The notes under the pieces are model-generated. The model searched no databases. It was not told the origin of the DNA and worked only from the letters and a program-made list of their open reading frames with translations. From assembly GCF_036365525.1 (NCBI RefSeq), contig NC_090407.1:19540234-19604233 (forward strand): a stretch of DNA of 64,000 bases. The letters run 5' to 3'. This document shows, piece by piece, positions 50,320-60,870 of the stretch. Position numbers and translations under genes: made by a program. This DNA is from Heterodontus francisci. Its lineage: Eukaryota. Each line of letters begins with the position of its first letter. Positions within the stretch are counted from its first letter, which is position 1.

Positions 50320-53300
50320 TCACCAGCGGAGAGTGAAGGACAGAGATCGAAGGGTTAATATCACAGGGAGAATGAGGGAAAGAGTGAGGAACTAATATTC
50401 CAGGAGGAGAGTGAGGGGTAAATATCAGAGAGAGAGTGAGGGAGAGAGAGTGAGGGGTTAATATCACAGGGAGAATGAGAGAGAGTGAGGCGTTATTATC
50501 ACAGAGAGAGAGAGTGAGGGAGAGAGAGTGAGGGGTTAATATCAGAGAGAAAGAGTGAGGGAGAGAGAGTGAGGGGTTAATATCACAGAGAGAGTGAGGG
50601 AGAGAAAGTGAGGGGTTAATATCAGAGAGAGAGAGAGTGAGGGAGGGAGTGTGAGGGTTTAATATCACAGAGAGAGATTGAGGGAGAGAGAGTGAGGGGT
50701 TAATATCACAGAGAGAGAGAGTGAGGGAGAGAGAGTGAGGGGTTAATATCACAGAGAGAGAGTGAAGGCGAGAGAGTGAGGGGTTAATATCAGAGAGAGA
50801 GAGTGAGGGAGAGAGAGTGAGGGGTTAATATCACAGAGAGAGAGAGTGAGGGAGAGAGAGTGAGGGGTTAATTCACAAGGAGAGAGTGAGGGAGAGAGAG
50901 TGAGGGGTTAATGTCACAGAGAGAGAGTGAGGGAGAGAGAGTGAGGGGTTAATATCACAGAGAGAGAGTGAGGGAGAGAGAGTGAGGGGTTAATATCACA
51001 GTGAGAGAGTGAGGGAGCGAGAGTGAGGGGTTAATATCACAGAGAGAGAGTGAAGGAGAGAGAGTGAGGGGTTAATATCACAGAGAGAGAGTGAGGGAGA
51101 GAGAGTGAGGGGTTGATAACACAGAGAGAGAGTGAGGGAGAGAAAGTGAGGGGTTAATATCACAGAAAGAGTGAAGGAGAGAGAGTGAGGGTTTAATATC
51201 ACAAGGAGAGAGTGAGGGAGAGAGAGTGAGGGGTTAATATCACAGAGAGAGAGTGAGGGAGAGCGAGTGAGGGGTTAATATCACAGAGAGAGTGAAGGAG
51301 AGAGAGTGAGGGGTTAATAGCACAAGGAGGGAGTGAGGGAGAGAGAGTGAGGGGTTAATATCACAGAGAGAGTGAAGGAGAGAGAGTGAGGGGTTAATAT
51401 CACAAGGAGAGAATGAGGGAGAGAAAGTGAGGGGTTAATATCACAGAGAGAGAGTGAGGGAGAGAGAGTGAGGGGTTAATATCACAAGGAGAGAGTGAGG
51501 GAGAGAAAGTGAGGGGTTAATATCACAGAGAGAGAGTGAGGGAGAGAGAGTGAGGGGTTAATAACAGAGAGAGAGTGAGGGAGAGAGAGTGAGGGGTTAA
51601 TAACAGAGAGAGAGAGAGTGAGGGAGAGAAAGTGAGGGGTTAATATCACAAGGAGAGAGTGAGGGAGAGAAAGTGAGGGGTTAATATCACAGAGAGAGAG
51701 TGAGGGAGAGAGAGTGAGGGGTTAATAACACAGAGAGTGAGTGAGGGAGAGAAAGTGAGGGGTTAATATCACAGAAAGAGAGTGAAGGAGAGAGAGTGAG
51801 GGGTTAATATCACAAGGAGAGAGTGAGGGAGAGAAAGTGAGGGGTTAATATCACAGAGAGAGTGAGGGAGAGAGAGTGAGGGGTTAATAACAGAGAGAGA
51901 TAGTGAGGGAGAGAAAGTGAGCGGTTAATATCACAGAAAGAGAGTGAAGGAGAGAGAGTGAAGGGTTAATATCACAAGGAGAGAGTGAGGGAGAGAGAGT
52001 GAGGGGTTAATACCACAGAGAGAGCGTGAGGGAGAGCGAGTGAGGGGTTAATATCACAGAGAGAGAGTGAGGGCGAGAGAGTGAGGGGATAATATCACAG
52101 AGAGTGAGGGAGAGAGAGTGAGGGGTTAATATCACACAGAGAGAGTGAGGGTGAGAGAGTGAGGGGTTAATATCACAGAGAGAGTGAAGGAGAGAAAGTG
52201 AGGGGTTAATATCACAAGGAGAGAGTGAGGGAGAGAGAGTGAGGGGTGACTATCACAGAGAGAGTGAGGGAGAGAGAGAGTGAGGGGTGACTATCACAGA
52301 GAGAGTGAGGGGTTAATATCACAGAGAGAGAGAGTGAGGGAGAGAGAGTGAGGGTTTAACATCACAGAGAGAGAGTGAGGGAGAGAGAGTGAGGGGTTAA
52401 CATCACAGAGAGAGAGAGTGAGGGAGAGAGAGTAAGGGTTAAATATCACAGAGAGAGAGTGAGGGAGAGAGTGAGGGGTTAATATCACAGAGAGAGAGTG
52501 AGGGAGAGAGAGTGAGAGGTTAATATCACAAGGAGAGAGTGAGGGTGAGAGAGTGAGGGGTTAATATCACAGAGAGATAGTGAGGGAGAGAAAGTGAGCG
52601 GTTAATATCACAGAAAGAGAGTGAAGGAGAGAGAGTGAAGGGTTAATATCACAAGGAGAGAGTGAGGGAGAGAGAGTGAGGGGTTAATACCACAGAGAGA
52701 GCGTGAGGGAGAGCGAGTGAGGGGTTAATATCACAGAGAGAGAGTGAGGGCGAGAGAGTGAGGGGATAATATCACAGAGAGTGAGGGAGAGAGAGTGAGG
52801 GGTTAATATCACACAGAGAGAGTGAGGGTGAGAGAGTGAGGGGTTAATATCACAGAGAGAGTGAAGGAGAGAAAGTGAGGGGTTAATATCACAAGGAGAG
52901 AGTGAGGGAGAGAGAGTGAGGGGTGACTATCACAGAGAGAGTGAGGGAGAGAGAGAGTGAGGGGTGACTATCACAGAGAGAGTGAGGGGTTAATATCACA
53001 GAGAGAGAGAGTGAGGGAGAGAGAGTGAGGGTTTAACATCACAGAGAGAGAGTGAGGGAGAGAGAGTGAGGGGTTAACATCACAGAGAGAGAGAGTGAGG
53101 GAGAGAGAGTAAGGGTTAAATATCACAGAGAGAGAGTGAGGGAGAGAGTGAGGGGTTAATATCACAGAGAGAGAGTGAGGGAGAGAGAGTGAGAGGTTAA
53201 TATCACAAGGAGAGAGTGAGGGTGAGAGAGTGAGGGGTTAATATCACAGAGAGAGAGTGAGAGAGAGAGAGTGAGGGGTTAATATCACAGAGAGTGAGAG

Positions 53301-53400
53301 AGAGAGAGTGAGGGGTTAATATCACAGAGAGAGAGAGTGAGAGAGAGAGAGTGAGGGGTTAATATCACAGAGAGTGAGACGGGGATTTAGTATCATGCAG
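50320..53400. repeat. ~40-bp GA-rich minisatellite (GAGAGAGTGAGGGAGAGAGAGTGAGGGGTTAATATCACA)n
   Basis: Directly visible; includes a 677-bp higher-order duplication. Confidence 0.97.
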
Positions 53401-53610
53401 AGAGAGCAATTCAGAGTGTGTTAGACAGACACAGAGCTAGTTGGAAGGAGAGTGGATCGTGTGTTTAGTTAATTGTATATTTTAATTAATGATATCTGTA
53501 AAAGAATGTAAATGATTTCAATTAGGAATGGGCCACTGGAGACAGAAATTTAACAGCTATTGAGAGCCAGTGACTGTGGGACACAGACTGACCCCAAGGA
53601 CCACACTTAC

Positions 53611-53708
53611 TAGATGTTGGGGGCCATGTGGTGGATCTTGATACAGTTCTTGTCAGCAACAACCATGTCGTCCGTGGCCCGGGTATCAGCTCCCAGAATC
53701 ACCCCATC
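53611..53708 (-). CDS. psmb10: Proteasome beta2i exon 3 ([32 protein letters not shown])
   Basis: 98 bp, AG/GT boundaries; contains catalytic Asp17 and Lys33. Confidence 0.96.
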
Positions 53709-53842
53709 CTACATAACATAACAGAGGAAACAGTCAGTCATATCACTCGTCATCTCTCCCCACTAAACCCCAGCACTCTGCTATCAGGAGCACAGAATCT
53801 GGAGCTGTGAGGCTGTTCTGTGTGGAATGGGGTTATTTATAT

Positions 53843-55531
53843 CTTCTCACATTGAACAACTTCTCCTTCAACTCCACTCACTTGCTTCAAGTAAAAGATG
53901 TTGAAATGGGTACCTGCATGGATCCTAGTTATGCCTGTCTTTTTGTGGGATATGTTGAACATTCCTTGTTCCAGTCCTATTCAGGCCCCCTCCCCCAACT
54001 CTTTTTCCGGTACATTGATGACTGTATCGGTGCCGTTTCCTGCTCCTGCCCCGATCTGGAAAATTTTATCAACTTTGCTTCTAATTTCCACCCTTCTCTC
54101 ACCTTTACATGTTCCATCTCCGACACTTCCCTTCCTCAACTTCTCTGTCTCCATCTCTGGTGATAGGCTGTCTACTAATATTCATTATAAGCCCACCGAT
54201 TCCCACAGCTACCTGGACTACACTTCTTCACACCCTGCCTCCTGTAAGGACCCCATTCCATTCTCCCAGTTTCTCCGTCTTCGACGCATCTGCTCTGTTG
54301 ATGCTACCTTCCATGACAACGCTTCTGATATGTCTTCCTTTTTCCTCAACCGAGGATTCCCCCCCACTGTTGTTGACAGGGCCCTCAACCGTGTCTGACC
54401 CATTTCTCGCACCTCTACCTTCACCCCTTCCCCTCCCTCCCAGAACCGCGACAGGATTCCCCTTGTCCTCACTTTCCACCCCATCAACCTCCATATCCAA
54501 AGGATCATCCTCCGCCATTTCCGCCGCCTCCAGTGTGATGCCAATACCAAACGCATCTTCCCCTCCCGTCAACATTCCGATGGGATCGTTTCCTCCGCGA
54601 CACCCTGGTCCACTCCTCCATTACCCCCACCACCTTGTCCCCTTCCCACAGCACCTTCCCCTGCAAGCGCAGGAGGTGGAATACCTGCCCATTTACCTCC
54701 TCTCTCCTCACTACCCAGGCCCCAAACACTCCTTTCAGGTGAAGCAGCGATTTACTTGTACTTATTTCAATGTAGTAAACTGTATTCGCTGCTCACAATG
54801 TGGTCTCCTCTACACTGGGGAGACCAAATGCAGACTGGGTGACCGCTTTGCGGAACACCTCCACTCAGTCCGAAAGCAGGACCCTGAGCTTCCGGTTGCT
54901 GACCATTTCAACACACCCCCCTGCTCTCATGCTCACATCTCTGTCCTGGGATTGCTGCAGTGTTCCAGTGAATATCAACGCAAGCTCGAGGAACAGCATC
55001 TCGTTTACCGATTCGGCACACTACAGCCTGCCGGACTGAACATTGAGTTCAATAATTTCAGAGCATGACGGGCTCCCCATTTTACTTGTATTGTTAGTTA
55101 TTTTTTCTTTTTTGTGTTTATTTTATTTTAGTTTGTTCAGTTTGCTTCTACTGTGCCTACCCACTATGGTTTTTCTTCATGTTTGTGCTTGTGGCTGTTC
55201 AGTTTTCAGTCTATTAACACCCTCTCTGTACTAATGCTTTGTCTTTCACCACACCATTAACATATTGTTTGTCTGTGTTCCATGACTTTCTGGTCAGTTA
55301 TTTTCTGTGACCTTGTCCGATCAACACCTTCTCTTTTGTTATCTCTTGCCCCACCCCCACTTTACTTGTTTAAGATATTTTACATCTCTTATATTTACCA
55401 GTTCTGAAGAAGGGTCACTGACCCGAAAAGTTAACTCTGCTTCTCTTTCCACAGATGCTGCCAGACCTGCTGAGTGGTTCCAGCATTTCTTGTTTTTATT
55501 TCAGATTTCCAGCATCTGCAGTATTTTGCTA
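53843..55531 (+). mobile_element. Penelope-like retroelement, 5'-truncated (RT C-terminus + GIY-YIG endonuclease + 3' repeat)
   Basis: RT motif FFRYIDD; GIY-YIG region CIRCSQCGLLYTGET...RFAEH...HF...GLNIEF; frameshifted; 10-bp TSD TTATTTATAT (53833-53842 / 55532-55541). Confidence 0.92.
55399..55438 (+). ncRNA. Putative minimal hammerhead ribozyme in Penelope 3' repeat
   Basis: cagtt-CTGAAGA-a(gggtc act gaccc)-GAAA-agt-TA-act; helix II is perfect, the helix III palindrome is mutated (AAAGTT instead of AACGTT). Confidence 0.55.
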
Positions 55532-55707
55532 TTATTTATATGTTAATTACTGCCCCAGGCTCACACCAGGGTTCGAGAAATATACCCGATACTTTTTACT
55601 GTTCCTGTGACTTTTCCCCTGGATTTTTGCTGGAGTTTAATCTTTTAATTCCTGGAGCCTGCACAACAATCCTGCAGGATTGGCAACTGCTAGATGTTAA
55701 TATTTAC

Positions 55708-55801
55708 CTTGTAGATGATGCCAGTGATGGTGGTCCCTGTCTTCCTTGCTTTTGGGGCTTTGTAGCCCATTTGTTGCAGCTCTCCCTCCAACGCGGCATT
55801 C
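55708..55801 (-). CDS. psmb10: Proteasome beta2i exon 2 ([22 protein letters not shown]^TTITGIIYK; catalytic Thr1)
   Basis: 94 bp, AG/GT boundaries; propeptide cleavage at KTG|TT. Confidence 0.95.
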
Positions 55802-55874
55802 CTGAAAGACATGGAGAGGGGAGAGAGTAACAGAGACTGAGCAGCTCGAGGGTGAGTTTGCAGACACGTGGAGA

Positions 55875-56322
55875 TATTGGCTGTGTCTCAGCGGGTAGGA
55901 CTTTGCCTGATTCAGAAGGTTGTGCCTTCAAGCCTCACTCGGATCTTGAGCACAAAATCAAGGCTGACACTCCTGTGCTGATGCTGAGGGAGTGCCGTGC
56001 TGTCTTTCAGATAAGACATTAAACCCAGTCTCAGTCTGCTCTCTCAGGTGGATGTATAACTGCTACTTGGAAGAAGAGCTGGGGGTGGGGGGGGGGGGGG
56101 GGGGGGGGGAGTTTTCCCCGGTGTCCTGGCCAATATTTACCCCTCAGATTATCTGGTCACTATCTCATTACTGTTTGTGGGATCTTGCTGTGTACAGACT
56201 GCCCGCTGTGTTTCTTACATTACAACAGTAACTACACTTCATAAAAAGACTTAATTGTCTGTAAAGCACTTTGAGATGTCCTGAGGTTACGGAAGACATT
56301 ATATAAATGCAACTTCTTTCTT
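55875..56322 (+). mobile_element. SacSINE1/Deu-SINE-like
   Basis: tRNA-like head, conserved body, tail 'atataaatgcaacttctttc'. Confidence 0.75.
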
Positions 56323-56447
56323 TTTAATATCGGAAACAGTGGGATTCTGAGAGGGTAAATATCCAGTGCATTTTAAACTGCCCTCCCTGCTGGTTCCTGC
56401 TGGCTGACCGGAATGAACTGAGCTCACACAGGGTCACTGCTAACTGC

Positions 56448-58351
56448 TTTTTTTTTTATTTCCAAAATATACTTTATTCATAAAAATCTGTAAAAATTAC
56501 ATTCCCAAACAGTTTAAAACAGCATCAAGTCAAAAAATACAAACAGTCCAAAGGTGATCAGTTTCCTTCTATACAATTATGAGTTGCCTCACAACCCTTT
56601 GGGGCAGCACAGTGGCGCAGTGGTTAGCACCGCAGCCTCACAGCTCCAGTGACCCAGGTTCAATTCTGGGTACTGCCTGTGTGGAGTTTGCAAGTTCTCC
56701 CTGTGTCTGCGTGGGTTTCCTCCGGGTGCTCCGGTTTCCTCCCACATGCCAAAGACTTGCAGGTTGATAGGTTAATTGGCCATTATAAATTGCCCCTAGT
56801 ATAGGTAGGTGGTTGGGAAATATAGGGACAGGTGGGGATGTGGTAGGAATATGGAATTAGTGTAGGATTAGTATAAATGGGTGGTTGATGGTCGGCACAA
56901 ACTCGGTGGGCCGAAGGGCCTGTTTCAGTGCTGTATCTCTAAAACTAAAAACATAAAAAAACTAAAACCTTCCATTTCATTGTCATACCATATACATTTT
57001 TACATTTTACAGCAAATGAACATTTTCCGGATACAGTTCGAGGGGTTTCCCATGGATCCAGCCCCTCAGTTCAGTTTGGTGGGGGGGACCTTACACAGTG
57101 GTCTTTCCCCATTGAGCCTTTGCTGCGGCTGCCCCAAGCTTTAGTGCGTCCCTCAGCACGTAGTCCTGGACCTTGGAATGTGCCAGTCTGCAACACTCGG
57201 TCGTGGACAACTCTTTGCGCTGGAAGACCGGCAGGTTTCGGGCAGACCTAAGGGCGTCTTTCACCGAATTGATAGCCCTCCAGCAGCAGTTGATGTTTAT
57301 CTCGGTGTGCGTCCCTGGGAACAGCCCGTAGAGCACAGACTCCTGTGTTACAGAGCTGCTTGGGATGAACTTCGACAAAAACCACTGCATCTCTTTCCAC
57401 ACCTGCTTTGCAAAGACACATTCCAGGAGGAGGTGGGCGACCATCTCTTCCCCACCACAGCCACCGCGGGGGCATTGCGCGGAGGGGGCGAGACTTCGGG
57501 TGTGCATGAAGGATCTGACGGGGAGGGCCCTTCTCACCACCAGCCAAGCTACGTCTTGGTGCTTGTTTGAAAGTTCTGGTGATGAGGCATTCCGCCAAAT
57601 GACTTTGACGGTCTGCTCGGGGAACCATCCAACAGGATCCCCCGTCTCCTTTTCCCGTAGGGCCTTGAGGACATTCCGTGCAGACCACTGCCTGATGGAC
57701 CGGTGGTCAAAGGTGTTTTCCCGCAGAAGCTGCTCCACGAAGGATAGGTGGTACGGCACCGCCCAACTGCACGGAGCGTTCCGTGGCAATGTGACCAGGC
57801 CCATCCTTCGCAACACCGGGGACAGATAGAACCTCAGCACGTAGTGACACTTGGAGTTTGCGTACTGGAGATCTACACACAGCTTGATGCAGCCGCACAC
57901 GAAGGTGGTCATCAGGATGAGGGCCACGTTGGGTACATTTTTCCCGCCCATGTCCAGAGATTTGAACATCGTGTCCCTCCGGACCCGGTCCATTTTAGAT
58001 CCCCAGATGAAGCGGAAAATGGCTCGGGTGACTGCCACAGCGCAGGAATGGGGTATGGGCCAGACCTGCGCCACGTAGAGCAACAATGTGAGCGCCTCGC
58101 ACCTGATGACCAGGTTCTTACCCACAATGGAGAGAGAACGCTGCCCCCACATGCCCAACTTTTGTTGCACCTTGGCTACTCGCTCCTCCCATGTTTTGGT
58201 GCACGCCCCGGCCCCTCCGAACCATATCCCCAGCACCTTCAGGTAGTCTGACCTGACGGTGAAGGGGACAAAGGATCGGTCAGCCCAGTTCCCAAAGAAC
58301 ATGGCCTCGCTCTTGCCGTGGTTAACTTTGGCTCCCGAGGTCAGTTCGAAC
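56448..58351 (-). mobile_element. Tx1-like non-LTR retrotransposon, 5'-truncated, apparently young
   Basis: Uninterrupted 403-aa ORF2 C-terminus with a zinc-knuckle-like CPRGGCGGEE...HLLLEC motif, poly(A) tail, and perfect 16-bp TSD GGTCACTGCTAACTGC (56432-56447 / 58352-58367). Confidence 0.95.
56600..56960 (+). mobile_element. tRNA-derived SINE (HE1/V-SINE-like) nested in the Tx1 3'UTR
   Basis: Head 'gcacagtggcgcagtggttagcacc...ggttcaattc' and CR1-like tail; interrupts 'cacaaccctt|ccatttcatt', which is contiguous in the copy at ~1590. Confidence 0.88.
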
Positions 58352-58814
58352 GGTCACTGCTAACTGCTGCCCCCTGCTCGAAGGGCCGGGGGAGCGGGAA
58401 GGGGTCCGGCGACAATGCAACCCCCCCCACATCCCCCCCGCCTCACCTCACAGTCAAATCAGCTGCGGACACTCACTACCTGCGGATCAAACCTAGATTG
58501 GGTATCAGAGAGGTGAGGGGTCCCTGGTGATCTGATCCCCAGTGAGCACCTTCAGGGGAGGAGGGTATGGGAAAGGGATGGGAGTGGGGAGGAGTGGAGG
58601 TTGGAGAGGGGACAAGAGGAGGGAAGGGGAGGGAGACCCCAGCAGGATTTGGGACCCTCCCTCCTCACCATGTCAATGAGAAGCAGCATTAAATAATATC
58701 GACTTCAACCTTTGAGAGTCTGTTGGGTTTTGGAGAGAATATCCCCCCCCACTCAATCACTATCTGGACAAAACACTCCCATGCTGAATTTGCTAGTCAT
58801 TCAGGAAATGTCTT

Positions 58815-58827
58815 ACTTTCAGTTTCC
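58815..58827 (-). promoter_or_regulatory. ISRE/IRF site in psmb10 intron 1 (GGAAACTGAAAGT)
   Basis: Matches the GAAANNGAAA consensus, ~270 bp downstream of exon 1. Confidence 0.55.
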
Positions 58828-59097
58828 ATTTGCCAAGCATTATTTGTAATGGGCGCCCACCCTGGTCGCACAGCCCCAGCTCCCCCACCTTAAACCCAGT
58901 CAGACAGTCAGGGGCACAGCACACCTTATAACCTGCCAGCCTTGTGCCAGTTTCACTGCTGACCTCAGGGCAGGAGCTCAGGTACAGGGAGGCTGGCATT
59001 CAATATCGGATGTCCTGGTAAATGCTGCCCAGCGTTATCACTTACTGTTTGCTTTGGGCTTTATTCAGGGATTTACTATCCTGCTCATGCTGCTCAC

Positions 59098-59162
59098 CTA
59101 CTACAGTTCTCGAAGCTGAATCCTCCCACAGGGGTACTCAGGAATCTCTCACACTTCAACAT
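59098..59162 (-). CDS. psmb10: Proteasome beta2i exon 1 (MLKCERFLSTPVGGFSFENCS)
   Basis: ATG at 59162; GGFSFENC propeptide motif; donor AG|gtgagc. The eight exons total 837 nt = 278 aa + stop. Confidence 0.93.
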
Positions 59163-59195
59163 GTCGGTAACTGGCCTCTCCTCTCCAACTCACTG

Positions 59196-59244
59196 ACTTT
59201 CACTTTCAGAAACTATTGAGTAAAACCCCATGTGATTACGGGAA
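59196..59244 (-). promoter_or_regulatory. psmb10 interferon-responsive promoter: ISRE/IRF-E (GAAAGTGAAAGT, 59196-59207) and GAS (TTCCCGTAA, 59236-59244)
   Basis: Consensus motifs 34-82 bp upstream of the ATG of an immunoproteasome subunit. Confidence 0.72.
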
Positions 59245-59549
59245 GCCAGCCTTGCCAAAATTGGTTTACAAACCAGAGTGAGATCAAAATTCAAAGATGT
59301 GCCATTCATTTAACCACTTCTCTCCCATCCTCTGCCACAGCCCCCTGTTGCTGCCTGGGGTCTGGTCACACTTAACTCTACAGGTTTCTGCGTCAGGATA
59401 AGTACAATTTTTAGAAGTGCAGAGGAAAGGAAGGGAATGGTGGTGGGGCACAGAATGAACACAGCTCCTGCTGAAAGTAAAGGGAAAGGCAGTGCCGGAC
59501 AGATTAGTCTTTACTGTGTGAGTCACTGGGAAATGTTCAACCGTTCAGC

Positions 59550-60870
59550 CGTGTGTCTGTGTGCACACGTGTGTCTGTACATCTGTGTGTCTCTGGATGT
59601 CTTTGTGTGTCTGTGCCTGTGTATGTCATCATGCATGTGTCTGGCTGGGTGCCTGTGTGCATCTGTATTTCCTTGTGTTTGTCCACTATGTGTGTTTGTG
59701 ATTTTGTGTTTGTGTGTGTATGGCTGCGTGTGTCTGTAAGTTTGTGTCTGCCTGTTTATATGTGTGTCTGTCTGTGTAACTTTGCAAGTCTGTCTGTGAG
59801 TCAGTATCTATCTGTCTGTCTGTGAGTTGGTGTTGGTCTGTCTGTAAGTCGGTATTTGGCTGTCTGTGAGTCAGTGTCTGTCTGACTGTGAGTTGGTTCG
59901 TGTCTGTCTGTCTGTGAGTCACTGTCTGTCTGTCTGTGAGTCAGTGTCTGTCTGTCTGTGAGTTGGTTCTTGTCTGTCTGTCCGTGAGTCAGTGTCTATC
60001 TGTTTGTCTGTGAGTCGGTTTGTGTCTGTCTGTGAGTCACTGTCCGTCTGTCTGTGAGTCGGTGTCTATCTGTCTGTGAGTTGGTGTCTGTCTATCAGTC
60101 TGTCTGTAGTTGGTGTCTATCTGTCTGTGAGTCGGTGTCTATCTGTCTGTGAGTCATTGTCTGTCTGTCTGTGAGTTGGTTCGTGTCTGTCTGTGAGTCA
60201 CTGTCTGTCTGTCTGTGAGTCAGTGTCTGTCTGACTGTGAGACACTGTCTGTCTGTGAGTCAGTGTCTGTCTGTCCGTGAGTCAGTGTCTGTCTGTGAGT
60301 TGGTTCTTGTCTGTCTGTCCGTGAGTCGGTATCTATCTGTCTGTCTGTGAGTCGGTTCGTGTCTGTCTGTGAGTCACTGTCTATCTGTCTGTGAGTCAGT
60401 GTCTGTCTGTCTGTGAGTTGTTCTTGTCTGTCTGTCCGTGAGTCGGTGTCTCTCTGTCTGTCTGTCTGAGTCGGTGTCTGTCTATCTGTCTGTCTGTAGT
60501 CAGTGTCTATCTGTCTGTGAGTCGGTGTCTATCTGTCTGTCTGTGAGTCGGTGTCTGTCTATCTATCTGTCTGAGTCGGTTTCTGTCTATCTGTCTGTCT
60601 GTAGTCAGTGTCTATCTGTCTGCCTGTGAGTCAGTGTCTATCTGTCTGTCTGTAGTCAGTGTCTATCTGTCTGCCTGTGAGTCGGTGTCTATCTGTCTGT
60701 GAGTTGTTCTTGTCTGTCTGTCCGTGAGTCGGTGTCTATCTGTCTGTCTGAGTCGGTGTCTGTCTGTAGTCAGTGTCTATCTGTCTGTCTGTGAGTCGGT
60801 GTCTATCTGTCTGTCTGTGAGTCGGTGTCTGTCTATCTATCTGTCTGAGTCGGTGTCTGTCTATCTATCT
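59550..60870. repeat. (TG)n / (TCTG)n-derived compound microsatellite with TGAGTC units
   Basis: Directly visible. Confidence 0.93.

Noticed and set aside
56600-56680. tRNA gene
   Set aside because: A/B boxes belong to a SINE head continuing into a SINE body; no full cloverleaf. The same applies to the other SINE heads.
58447-58479. 33-nt AG/GT-bounded segment as the psmb10 first coding exon
   Set aside because: It has stop codons in the required frame, and the true exon 1 was found at 59098-59162.
44497-59162. Calling the proteasome gene PSMB7 (constitutive beta2)
   Set aside because: GVAADAE, DGVILG...ATDD, GGFSFENC and the ISRE/GAS promoter fit beta2i better; PSMB13-lineage identity cannot be excluded without a tree.
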